From Candidatus Micrarchaeota archaeon (GTDB taxonomy: Archaea > Micrarchaeota > Micrarchaeia > Micrarchaeales > CABMGC01): DNA of 64,000 nt. The stretch is taken from positions 574,595-638,594 of the forward strand of contig JAGWHC010000001.1 of assembly GCA_028867025.1 (NCBI GenBank), read 5' to 3'. A program made the translations under genes and the position numbers. A model generated the notes under the pieces. That model was not told the origin of the DNA. It did not search any database and worked only from the letters and a program-made list of their open reading frames with translations. Positions 9,001 through 16,116 of this stretch are shown here, in pieces; position 1 is the first letter of the stretch; the number at the start of each line of letters is the position of its first letter.

Positions 9001-9074
9001 ACGACTTCTTGGGAACCTCGGGCAACAGCGAACTTGTTGCAGGAGGGTATGTGGCAGACGGAACCATATGCTGA
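6036..9074 (+). CDS. Class III (type IV pilin-like) signal peptide surface protein: Ig-like modules, T-N-A-x repeat tracts, Cys knots, C-terminal Hint domain
   Basis: N-terminus MPNRARRRRAAGARRGSKKAQSALEYLLTYSWAILLVAIIVAVLYLF (DUF361-like Q-x-x-x-E-Y). Big_1-like segment (NGNRDPVTATVLLLGNPIGGASVSF...TGTTNVIATFAG). InlB-B-repeat-like segment (GGSVSPASQFYPAGNGVSIVATPNSGYGFVDWAGTG...VTMNGPITEVATF). Repeats and the Hint domain are listed separately. Confidence 0.85.
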   Translation: MPNRARRRRAAGARRGSKKAQSALEYLLTYSWAILLVAIIVAVLYLFVFAPSNVTPSSCIFTGGTYCQDVVFSSNTAGTSVALFLTNTQSYAIANPSVTLNYSGTSTAASCSPSLVLEGGAIICNVNVPLKAIALGSLASGKVVLSAVPCPSANLAQCSSGQVVAYTGSFNTHVSPLLSSTPSSITISVLNTTQAANGNRDPVTATVLLLGNPIGGASVSFSQGVVSGSGTPSSSFGPSATTTGSNGQALAYISSTQTGTTNVIATFAGQTVNAIVNFVTPAITTVSLGQDVINTVCSGNSGTYVLTIDGQSYTCSQLPIQFSYNPNTQHSYACISPISGSSGTRYVFSSVSGCSASGGQSGTFTVGAAGTSCSLNCEYQTQYSFSDSASPSIGGSVSPASQFYPAGNGVSIVATPNSGYGFVDWAGTGPGSYSSGTSQTGTVTMNGPITEVATFMLLTTITNAATNAATNAVTNAVTNAVTNAATTITNAVTNAVTNAATSITNAVTNAVTNAATSITNAATSITNAGTSITNAATSITNAATSITNAVTNAGTSITNAATSITNAGTSITNAVTNAATNAATSITNAVTNAATNAATTITNAVTNAATNAATSITNAVTNAVTNAVTNAATTITNAATTITNAVTNAATNAATSITNAVTNAATNACNTCSTNNYGCGSSCSERVCYSYAGNCVPGTPEATISCSQTNPPPAAWQCLVPTTITNAATNAATNAATTITNAVTNAVTNAATSITNAVTNAATIACDVCYASSNPGCPAGCPTALYFKDSACSQSGTPYASFTCVLLTTITNAATNAVTNAGTNAATTVTNAVTNAGTNAATTVTHFTNAGTNAATTITHFTNAGTNAASGASTNAPSVCSFRGGTPIYMANGQIKPIEELQPGEVYMSYDPATRSLYPDVVEKLVTATVHGEYVINDVGTDAVEEFYTKSGWKSADQIKVGDSILNAMSMTWTPVYSVSFVNTTFTVYDFLGTSGNSELVAGGYVADGTIC
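7410..8663 (+). repeat. In-frame coding tandem repeats: 12-nt ACC-AAC-GCN-NNN (T-N-A-[AVG]) units interspersed with 9-nt T-[ST]-I units
   Basis: Three tracts: 7410-8039 (40 TNA units + 17 T[ST]I units = 210 aa exactly), 8199-8330 (8 units) and 8457-8663 (12 units). Codons are synonymously scrambled. A 53-nt exact duplicate occurs at 7818-7870 and 7941-7993, giving a 123-nt higher-order period. Confidence 0.95.
8673..9071 (+). other. C-terminal Hint (Hedgehog/intein-like) domain, 133 aa, with no C-extein
   Basis: Starts at Cys880: CSFRGGTPIYMANGQIKPIEELQPGEVY (block A-like). Then KLVTATVHGEYVI (Thr/His block B-like), WKSADQIKVGDSIL and VYDFLGTSGNSELVAGGYVADGTIC-stop. There is no terminal His-Asn and no downstream residue. 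Confidence 0.7.
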
Positions 9075-9101
9075 CCGCGCAGCAAAGCAATAGAGGATTA
9101 T

Positions 9102-9770
9102 ATGCATACTAGAAAGAAGCATAAAGCATCTACGCTGCCGACACTGTCCGCGCTGATTGCTTTCGGCCTAATAGCGCTCTATTTCACATATTTTTCCAGT
9201 AATGTTTCAGCCGCATCCTATCTTCCCACACTTAACGAGCTCAACAGCGTTTTCGGAAGCGGTTCTTACGAAACGTACGTTGTGCCGCACTGCATGAATT
9301 CAACCTTATTGTACAACACCAGCAGGGTAAATGACGTATGCTCCGTCATCTTTATACAGAGCACTAACAACAGTCGGGTGCCATATGAGATATCAGGAGT
9401 CTCCTACTCCTTCGCCACTCCCTCTGCAGCTGACGCCTACATAGCCAACGTCATACCCCACTTCAATTCGTCCCCCTGGCCTGGCGGTTCAAATACATCT
9501 AGCGAAGCAATACCTAACTTCAACTCGACTCCATGGTCTCAGGGTCCAAAGACATTTGGCAACCTGACCCCCAGCAGCGCGACTCTCTACTACACTTCGG
9601 TGAACTACGGCCTCGGCACGTACTACAATACAGTAATCACAATGTACGTCCTTTCAGGATCAAGAGTTCTTTCAGTCTCAGGGATCATGAGCTATGCGCA
9701 GAACATGACCAGAGCGCGCGCCGCTGTAGCAGAGCTTCTCCACATCCAGTACCTTAAAGCAACGCAGTAG
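9102..9770 (+). CDS. Secreted/anchored sequon-rich protein of unknown function
   Basis: 222 aa. N-terminal basic region plus hydrophobic helix (TLPTLSALIAFGLIALYFTYF). Several N-x-S/T sites. C-terminal ...LHIQYLKATQ resembles the end of the next gene. Confidence 0.5.
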   Translation: MHTRKKHKASTLPTLSALIAFGLIALYFTYFSSNVSAASYLPTLNELNSVFGSGSYETYVVPHCMNSTLLYNTSRVNDVCSVIFIQSTNNSRVPYEISGVSYSFATPSAADAYIANVIPHFNSSPWPGGSNTSSEAIPNFNSTPWSQGPKTFGNLTPSSATLYYTSVNYGLGTYYNTVITMYVLSGSRVLSVSGIMSYAQNMTRARAAVAELLHIQYLKATQ

Positions 9771-9883
9771 CCGCGCGAAGCTTTAACAATGCTACACTCA
9801 TACCGATGCGGCGTGCACGTAGTAATGCTTTTTAAATGTAGCTGCATATTATTGGCGAGGCTTATCTTCAACACGCTGATTAA

Positions 9884-10618
9884 ATGGTCTCCAGTGTCTC
9901 TAATCCGGATGTTCGAGCTACTCCGACAGCCGGCAAGAAAGGCGGCGGAATACGCTATGTTATCAGTGGCCTGATTGTACTCCTAGTCATCGGCGTTATA
10001 AGCTTCTTTGCGATATCTTCCTATACTCCACCCCAACCTACGACAACAGCCTCAACTACCATCAAGGCTACCACAACGGCTCCGCCCCCACTTCCGTTCA
10101 CATTCAACAGTATACTGCTGGCGTCCAACGCGTTATATGGGTTTCCGCAGCAGCCGCAGTTCACTGACTATTACTTCAACTTCACCAATGCCGGCTGGGC
10201 CCATTCCCAGTACGCGGTGAATTTCACCTACCCGCTGTTTACCAACAACTTCACGCCTCCTGCAAACTATACTGTAAGCGTGCCCGCGCGGTACTCCAAC
10301 CTCACCTCTCCCTTCGCTTCAATAATTAGCGTGTGGGCTTATGCCACAGCAAGCTCTGCGGCGCAGAATTTCCCAGCTGTTGGTTCAACAATGTGTCGCA
10401 ACCTGAACGCTACCGGCTCGATGCGCACGGTCACTTCTGCAATAGGCTCGGTAACCACCTATTGCAGCGGTACTTTGTACGGCAGTAGCACCGAGGGCGT
10501 GCTCTTCAACCAAGGAAACGTTTCTGCTGAGGTCATCTTCTTCGGCGTGCTGCAGAAGCTCAACCCCTCATACCTGAATACCACAGCAAGGCACCTCTAT
10601 CTGAAGCTAACGCAGTAA
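9884..10618 (+). CDS. Membrane-anchored protein with Thr/Pro-rich stalk, unknown function (distant paralog of 9102)
   Basis: 244 aa. TM (YVISGLIVLLVIGVISFFAI) followed by PPQPTTTASTTIKATTTAPPP. Sequon-rich. Ends ...RHLYLKLTQ. Confidence 0.5.
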   Translation: MVSSVSNPDVRATPTAGKKGGGIRYVISGLIVLLVIGVISFFAISSYTPPQPTTTASTTIKATTTAPPPLPFTFNSILLASNALYGFPQQPQFTDYYFNFTNAGWAHSQYAVNFTYPLFTNNFTPPANYTVSVPARYSNLTSPFASIISVWAYATASSAAQNFPAVGSTMCRNLNATGSMRTVTSAIGSVTTYCSGTLYGSSTEGVLFNQGNVSAEVIFFGVLQKLNPSYLNTTARHLYLKLTQ

Positions 10619-10644
10619 AAGGCATCGGGCTGAAGGCCAGAGAA

Positions 10645-11706
10645 TCAAAACAATGCCGTTATCTCCCTGTATCTGAAATCCTTTGGCCTATTTCCTATGA
10701 TCAGTATCTCGCGCCCGCATTTTTTACAGGCAAGGTCCTCGCCCAAGTTCCATTTTCTTATGTAGAAACCGTCCCTCTCTATCACCAGCTCGCCGCAGTT
10801 CGGACAGTAGGTGTTCCCGTAGGGGTTCCCCGGCACATTGCCTATGTACACGTAATTTAGCCCATTCTTCCTGGCGATGTCGTAGTGCTTCTTCAGCGTC
10901 TCGTAAGGCGTTTCGGGGTAGTTGAGCATCTTGTAGTCAGGGTGGAAGCGAGTGAACTGGATAGGTGTCTCCGGACCAAGGCTGTCTGCGACCCATTTCG
11001 TAAGCTCGTTGCAGGCTTCAATCGAATCGCCAACCCCAGGTATTATGAGGTCGGTCAGCTCGAGATGTATACCAACTTTCTTCAGTTCGAGCATCGCCTC
11101 CTTTACTGGTTCATTAGAGACCACTGCCTCGTACTTGTTAACGAATTTCGTTTCTCCGCTGCCCTTGAAATCCACAACCACCGCGTCTATAAGGCCCTTC
11201 ATGGCCTGCACTGCCTCCTTGGTCATGTAGCCATTTGTCACCCAGACATTCTTCAGCCCATTTTCATGCGCCAACCTGGCCACATCGAGTGCGTACTCTA
11301 TGAATATGGTGGGCTCGTTGTACGTGTAGGCTATGCTCTGCGTATTGTTCTCCAGCGCCATCTCCACCGCCCTCTTTGGACTTATGTATACGCCCTTCAC
11401 CTCGCGCTCCTTGCTTATGTTGTGGTTCTGGCAGAAGAGGCAGCCCCAGTTGCAGGAGCTGGTCCCAATTCCAAAGACGTAGGTGCCTGGCATGAAATGA
11501 TTGAAAGGCTTCTTCTCTATCGGGTCTATTTGAATGGCCTCTACAAGGCCGTAGTTCATCAGATATAACTTGCCGCCTATGTTCTGCCTGACAAAACAGA
11601 ATCCATGGGATCCCTCTGGTATCTTGCAGAGCCTAGCGCAGGCGTGGCACTCAATCCTTCTGTCCCGCAACCGACTGTAGAGGCCAGCCTCGCTCTTCAT
11701 AAACAT
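10645..11706 (-). CDS. amrS: AmmeMemoRadiSam system radical SAM enzyme (PflA-like activase family)
   Basis: 353 aa. N-terminal Cys cluster (CHACARLCKIPEGSHGFCFVRQN) and radical SAM motif CNWGCLFCQN. C-terminal Cys pairs CPNCG...CKKCG. Confidence 0.8.
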   Translation of the reverse strand: MFMKSEAGLYSRLRDRRIECHACARLCKIPEGSHGFCFVRQNIGGKLYLMNYGLVEAIQIDPIEKKPFNHFMPGTYVFGIGTSSCNWGCLFCQNHNISKEREVKGVYISPKRAVEMALENNTQSIAYTYNEPTIFIEYALDVARLAHENGLKNVWVTNGYMTKEAVQAMKGLIDAVVVDFKGSGETKFVNKYEAVVSNEPVKEAMLELKKVGIHLELTDLIIPGVGDSIEACNELTKWVADSLGPETPIQFTRFHPDYKMLNYPETPYETLKKHYDIARKNGLNYVYIGNVPGNPYGNTYCPNCGELVIERDGFYIRKWNLGEDLACKKCGREILIIGNRPKDFRYREITALF

Positions 11707-11755
11707 ATATATGATTTCCAGCTATTTAACACTATTCCCATGTGACGGCGTAAAA

Positions 11756-13330
11756 ATGCCCCAAAACCGCACGAGCAAAGCAAATTCGGCAAAAGTGAAA
11801 TGCAGCTCTGCCCTCTACGCCGTAGCCCTCGTCCTTATCATCCTGCTCGGTGTCTTTCTAGCTTACCTTTTCTACTACGGGCCAAGCACCGCCAATGTGT
11901 CAGACAACTTCCTTTACGCCGACTACGCCCACCAGATATACGTGGGTCATGCCGGGTCGCTTCCCAGTAATGACGTGCTGGCGCAGCAGTACCTGCTTCT
12001 GGCCGGAATTGCCGCATTCTACGCTGCTTTCGGAGTCGCAAGCCCGTTCACAGCTTCCCTTTTCGGAGTGCTGTGCTTTGCGCTTACAATAGCCATCATA
12101 TACAAGATTGGCGCGCTACTCTACGGCAGAGGGGCCGGACTCGTCTCAGCGCTCGTGTACTCATTCAATCCCGTAGCGGTAATAAATGCCTCTTATGTAG
12201 GCGATAACGGTCCAATGGCGCTCTTTGCGTCCGCGTGCGTATTGTTCCTGATTCTCGGAATGCAGGAAAAACGTGTGGCGCGCTCAGGAACGTACTTCCT
12301 GCTTTCTGGATTTTCCGCAATGATAGGCGTTCTTGTTACAGTCCAGTCTGCAGAGATACTGGTGTTCGTAGCGCCATTCGCCCTCTTCTACGCGATTAGG
12401 GAAAAGAGCACCGCTTCGCTTCTTAACATAGGTCTGTTTGCTCTTGGAATTGCCATCGCGGTGGCGTGCACCGCGCTTGTCGAGTTTTCTATCGGCAACC
12501 CACCGCTTCTCGTGTTCAGCCTTAATTACAACGCCTATTCCGCCGGAGCAGGACACACGCCACAAATTGGGAACTATACGCGTTGGCTCTTTCCCGCCAA
12601 CCCAGCATCCCAGCTCAACCCCGCACAGGCTGCCTATAGCAGCGGCATGTCGAGCGGGCTTTACGGCTACGCCGCGCTGCTTGGCGCCGTATACCTATTA
12701 TTCCGCAGGAACTTCCGCTTTTTTGTCCCCGCCTTCTGGTCCGTCTCCACTCTCCTTTACATGGGTTACGGCTCGCTGAGCCTGCTTGACTATGTGCCGA
12801 TAAGCTATTCGCGCGTACGCTTTATGCTGATATTCATACCTGCGCTTGCTCTCATAATAGGGTTCTCGCTCCTGGACATGGCAGAAATCCTAAGGAAAAA
12901 CAGGCTCAAGATTTTAGGCCTTCTACTTCCTGGGCTTATTGTCATTGCGCTTTTCATAAACTCAGCCGGTATAATTCAGTTCGTCGGCCTGTCGCAGTAC
13001 AAACACACGTATCAGTTGTCACAGACAGGCAGCTTCCTGCTAGGTCTGCCTGCAGACGTGCCAGTTTACGGCAACATCGAGCCGCTTGACGTATACGCCC
13101 ACTACAAGCCCAATTTTGTAGAATCGGAATACGACTTCTTCCCGCCTTTTTACTTTGGGTCCAACTGCAGCATGCTTGCTGTCCCGAATGCAAGCGTTGC
13201 AAAAATATGCGGCCTCAGGGAGGCATTCGCCTCTTCCCAGCCTCCGGCCTATCTGGATGCGTACCGCCTGTTCGACAACGACAGCTTCAGGATTTATGAA
13301 AACATCACTGTCTACTACAAGGCCGCGTAA
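11756..13330 (+). CDS. GT-C fold membrane glycosyltransferase, PMT_2/ArnT-like
   Basis: ORF opens at 11711. Met at 11756 (MPQNRTSK) sits about 45 nt after an AACATATATATG TATA-like element. Loop motif VSDNFLYADYA, then LLYGRGAGLVSALVYSFNP. Confidence 0.65.
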   Translation: MPQNRTSKANSAKVKCSSALYAVALVLIILLGVFLAYLFYYGPSTANVSDNFLYADYAHQIYVGHAGSLPSNDVLAQQYLLLAGIAAFYAAFGVASPFTASLFGVLCFALTIAIIYKIGALLYGRGAGLVSALVYSFNPVAVINASYVGDNGPMALFASACVLFLILGMQEKRVARSGTYFLLSGFSAMIGVLVTVQSAEILVFVAPFALFYAIREKSTASLLNIGLFALGIAIAVACTALVEFSIGNPPLLVFSLNYNAYSAGAGHTPQIGNYTRWLFPANPASQLNPAQAAYSSGMSSGLYGYAALLGAVYLLFRRNFRFFVPAFWSVSTLLYMGYGSLSLLDYVPISYSRVRFMLIFIPALALIIGFSLLDMAEILRKNRLKILGLLLPGLIVIALFINSAGIIQFVGLSQYKHTYQLSQTGSFLLGLPADVPVYGNIEPLDVYAHYKPNFVESEYDFFPPFYFGSNCSMLAVPNASVAKICGLREAFASSQPPAYLDAYRLFDNDSFRIYENITVYYKAA

Positions 13331-13460
13331 CTCTACAGCAGAGATTCTACGCATCAAGTATCTTAAAGCCTCTTGTAGAGTGCCGCTTCTTTAATCACGT
13401 ATTTTATATAGATTTTGAGGCATTTAACGATATCCTGGGCTCGCTCTGCAAGATGCGCAC

Positions 13461-15074
13461 ATGAGCCCGGATATCGGGGTTCTGAAGCAGATGCTTGACC
13501 AAAAAACAGAGTATTTGGGCATCTTCCTTATACTGGTGCTTGGAGCTTACCTGAGCCTTGGCTTCTTTTACGGTCCGAGCTGGATAAACGGCTCGGACAA
13601 TTTCGTCTATACTTCAGAAGCGCATGCACTGGCCTACAATCCGCACACGGCCTATTTCGGGGACGAAGACAATGTTAAATTTCTTATATATGCCGGAATC
13701 ATCCCTTTTTACCTTCTGCTTGGCTATGGCCCTCTCTCATCTGCGCTGTTCGGAGTTACGTGTTTCCTTGGAAATGTGCTAACAGTTTACATTCTTGGCA
13801 AAAAACTTTACAGTCCGACTGCAGGAATGGTCGCCGCTTTTCTGTATGCGACCTTGCCATTAGTCATCGCCGAGAGCTCTAACGTCGGTGACGATGTGCC
13901 GGCTACGTTCTTCGTCTCCCTCGCAATACTTTTCGCTGTTCTGGCCATGGAAAACGGGAAACGGCGTAATCTCTATTATGCGCTTGCAGGTTTCCTGTCA
14001 GCCATAAGCTACCTTGCCGTACCCGAGGGCGCCATAGGCGCGCTTTTTGTGCTCTTACTTTTCGGAGTCATTGCAGTCATGACAAGAAAGAAAGAGGCGA
14101 TTAGCGGTCTCTTCTTCGGCACCCTCGGTTCCGTATGCGCATTCACTGTAGTAATACTGATCGGCATTGTGCTGCAGAACCCGCTGGCCGTGATAGTAGC
14201 AGAGAACGCCAACCTCAACGCCTACTCGACGGTTCCTGGCTTCCTTAGCTATCTTGGCTGGATGCTGCCAGTGCAGTTTGTCCAGGCATCTCTCCTGAGT
14301 GGCTACCTTCCGATACCAACGCCCCAAAGCTTCTCATTATTGCTTAACTATGTCAACCGCTATAGCCTGGAATCACTAATCTTTGGATACCTTGGCTTCG
14401 TCTTCTTCTTAAGCGCAATCTACCTTATTGCCAGCAACGAACGCAAATCGCTTGTGCCACTGTTCTGGTTTTCCTTTGTCTTTGCATATCTTGGGCTGGG
14501 CAGCCAAAGCTTAACAAGATACCTTCCTGTTCTGACGGTATCCAGATTCCTTATACTTCTCTGCCCCGCGATTGCGCTTGTCGTAGGCATTGCATTATCC
14601 AAAGCGCTGGAGTTTTCACGAAAAAAGAGACCGGTTGTAAGGTTTGCGATCACCTTCGCGATAATTTATTTCTTAGTTTTGACCCTTTTGAATTCCTACT
14701 TTTCAGTAATGTACATACAGTATTCCCAGTATAATGCCATGGTTCCGTTAATTGAGACGGGCAATTACATCAATTCGCTCAGTCCCAATGCAACAATCAC
14801 AGGCCCCGTAGACATTCCTTGGGACGTGTACACAAACTACACGCATGCGATGGTGCAGGTAGGCTATGCGCGGTTTGAGACGAACTGCAGTGTTGTGCAG
14901 CTATTCCAAATGCAGCCTGGTTATTATTTTGTTGGCATGAACAACAGTACACTTTTGTCCTGCGGCCTTGCTCCTGTATTCACACCTTATCCTGTCAGTT
15001 GGCTAAGAAACTACACTCTTTTCACTTATTGGGGAATGAATTTCTCCAATTTCGCTATTTATAGATACCAGTGA
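13461..15074 (+). CDS. GT-C fold membrane glycosyltransferase, PMT_2/ArnT-like
   Basis: 537 aa. GSDNFVYTSEA loop, then KLYSPTAGMVAAFLYATLP. Polytopic, with a sequon-bearing C-terminal domain. TTTTATATAG lies at about 13403. Confidence 0.65.
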   Translation: MSPDIGVLKQMLDQKTEYLGIFLILVLGAYLSLGFFYGPSWINGSDNFVYTSEAHALAYNPHTAYFGDEDNVKFLIYAGIIPFYLLLGYGPLSSALFGVTCFLGNVLTVYILGKKLYSPTAGMVAAFLYATLPLVIAESSNVGDDVPATFFVSLAILFAVLAMENGKRRNLYYALAGFLSAISYLAVPEGAIGALFVLLLFGVIAVMTRKKEAISGLFFGTLGSVCAFTVVILIGIVLQNPLAVIVAENANLNAYSTVPGFLSYLGWMLPVQFVQASLLSGYLPIPTPQSFSLLLNYVNRYSLESLIFGYLGFVFFLSAIYLIASNERKSLVPLFWFSFVFAYLGLGSQSLTRYLPVLTVSRFLILLCPAIALVVGIALSKALEFSRKKRPVVRFAITFAIIYFLVLTLLNSYFSVMYIQYSQYNAMVPLIETGNYINSLSPNATITGPVDIPWDVYTNYTHAMVQVGYARFETNCSVVQLFQMQPGYYFVGMNNSTLLSCGLAPVFTPYPVSWLRNYTLFTYWGMNFSNFAIYRYQ

Positions 15075-15100
15075 CAAGAGGCGGTTTCGGGACCAAGATT

Positions 15101-15382
15101 TCAGGCTTTGGTTCTGGGACTTGATCTTCCCTTCACCAAAAAGAGCACAACAGCAACGACCATCGCCCATATGATTATGTCTGCTATCAGACCGGCATAG
15201 TCTATAGCCCACGGGCTGTACTGCTGCGTGTTCACCACAAGATACCTTATCCATGTCAAAGGGAAACCGTACCATGTGGCACCAACCAGCCCTCCGCCCG
15301 GCGTGCTGTTGTAGAGGAAAGAAACCAATGTTATTACCACTCCGCCTATCACGGACTCCGCGATAAACTTCTTCTCCATCAT
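15101..15382 (-). CDS. Small membrane protein, unknown function
   Basis: 93 aa with two hydrophobic helices. No recognisable motif. Confidence 0.4.
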   Translation of the reverse strand: MMEKKFIAESVIGGVVITLVSFLYNSTPGGGLVGATWYGFPLTWIRYLVVNTQQYSPWAIDYAGLIADIIIWAMVVAVVLFLVKGRSSPRTKA

Positions 15383-15435
15383 GATCTAGAGTATGAAACG
15401 CTAATTTAAAAAGGTTGTTCGGGATGAGATACGCT

Positions 15436-16116
15436 ATGAAAGCAGTGATACTGGCCGGGGGCTACGGCAAGCGCTTGATGCCGCTTACCAATACGCTTCC
15501 GAAACCGCTTCTCGATGTGGCAGGCAAGCCAATAATAGACTGGCAGATGACCTGGCTCAGGCGTGCTGGGATAGCGTCGTTCGTGGTAGCTTGCGGCTAC
15601 CTGAAGGAGAAGATAATGGAGCACGTGACCGCGCTTGAAAGAGAGCTCGACGTTAGCGTTGAATACGCCATTGAAAAGATGCCGCTCGGAACCGGTGGGG
15701 CGCTGAAGAACGCTAGGAAACTTGTGGATGACGGGATATTCATGGCGCTTAACGGTGACGTGATAACGAACCTCGACGTCAAGAAGCTGAACCTCAGAGG
15801 GGCTGTGACTTCGATGGCACTTACGCAACTCAGGAGCCCCTTTGGAATAGTTAGGACAGAAGGCGCAACTATAAGACGGTTTGACGAGAAGCCGTTCATC
15901 AAGAGCTACTGGATAAACGCAGGAGTATACTTGGTTGATCCCAAGATATTCGGCTATCTGCCGAAGAAGGGCGATATAGAACGCACAGCATTCTCCACTC
16001 TTGCGAAACGCGGAATGCTCAGGGGAGTCAAGTATCGCGATGTCTACTGGCACTCCATAGATTCCCTCAAGGATCTGGAAGAAACCGGCAAGGACCTGCA
16101 AAACGGCGCGCTTTAG
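15436..16116 (+). CDS. Sugar-1-phosphate nucleotidyltransferase (NDP-sugar pyrophosphorylase)
   Basis: MKAVILAGGYGKRLMPLTNTLPKPLLDVAGKPII is the classic G-x-G-x-R-L signature. The ORF opens at 15415; Met at 15436 is preferred. Confidence 0.8.
   Translation: MKAVILAGGYGKRLMPLTNTLPKPLLDVAGKPIIDWQMTWLRRAGIASFVVACGYLKEKIMEHVTALERELDVSVEYAIEKMPLGTGGALKNARKLVDDGIFMALNGDVITNLDVKKLNLRGAVTSMALTQLRSPFGIVRTEGATIRRFDEKPFIKSYWINAGVYLVDPKIFGYLPKKGDIERTAFSTLAKRGMLRGVKYRDVYWHSIDSLKDLEETGKDLQNGAL

Noticed and set aside
13346-13379. CATCAAGTATCTTAAAGC after the 11756 gene resembles CATCCAGTACCTTAAAGC at the 3' end of the 9102 gene (16 of 18 nt, would encode IKYLKA / IQYLKA). It could be a gene remnant or a shared 3' element.
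   Set aside because: A rough estimate gives tens of 16/18 matches expected by chance in a 64-kb window on two strands. No extended similarity surrounds the match.
15406-16101. Minus-strand 231-aa ORF overlapping the nucleotidyltransferase gene.
   Set aside because: The plus-strand product has the canonical GGxGxRL nucleotidyltransferase signature. The minus-strand product has none and is an antisense shadow.
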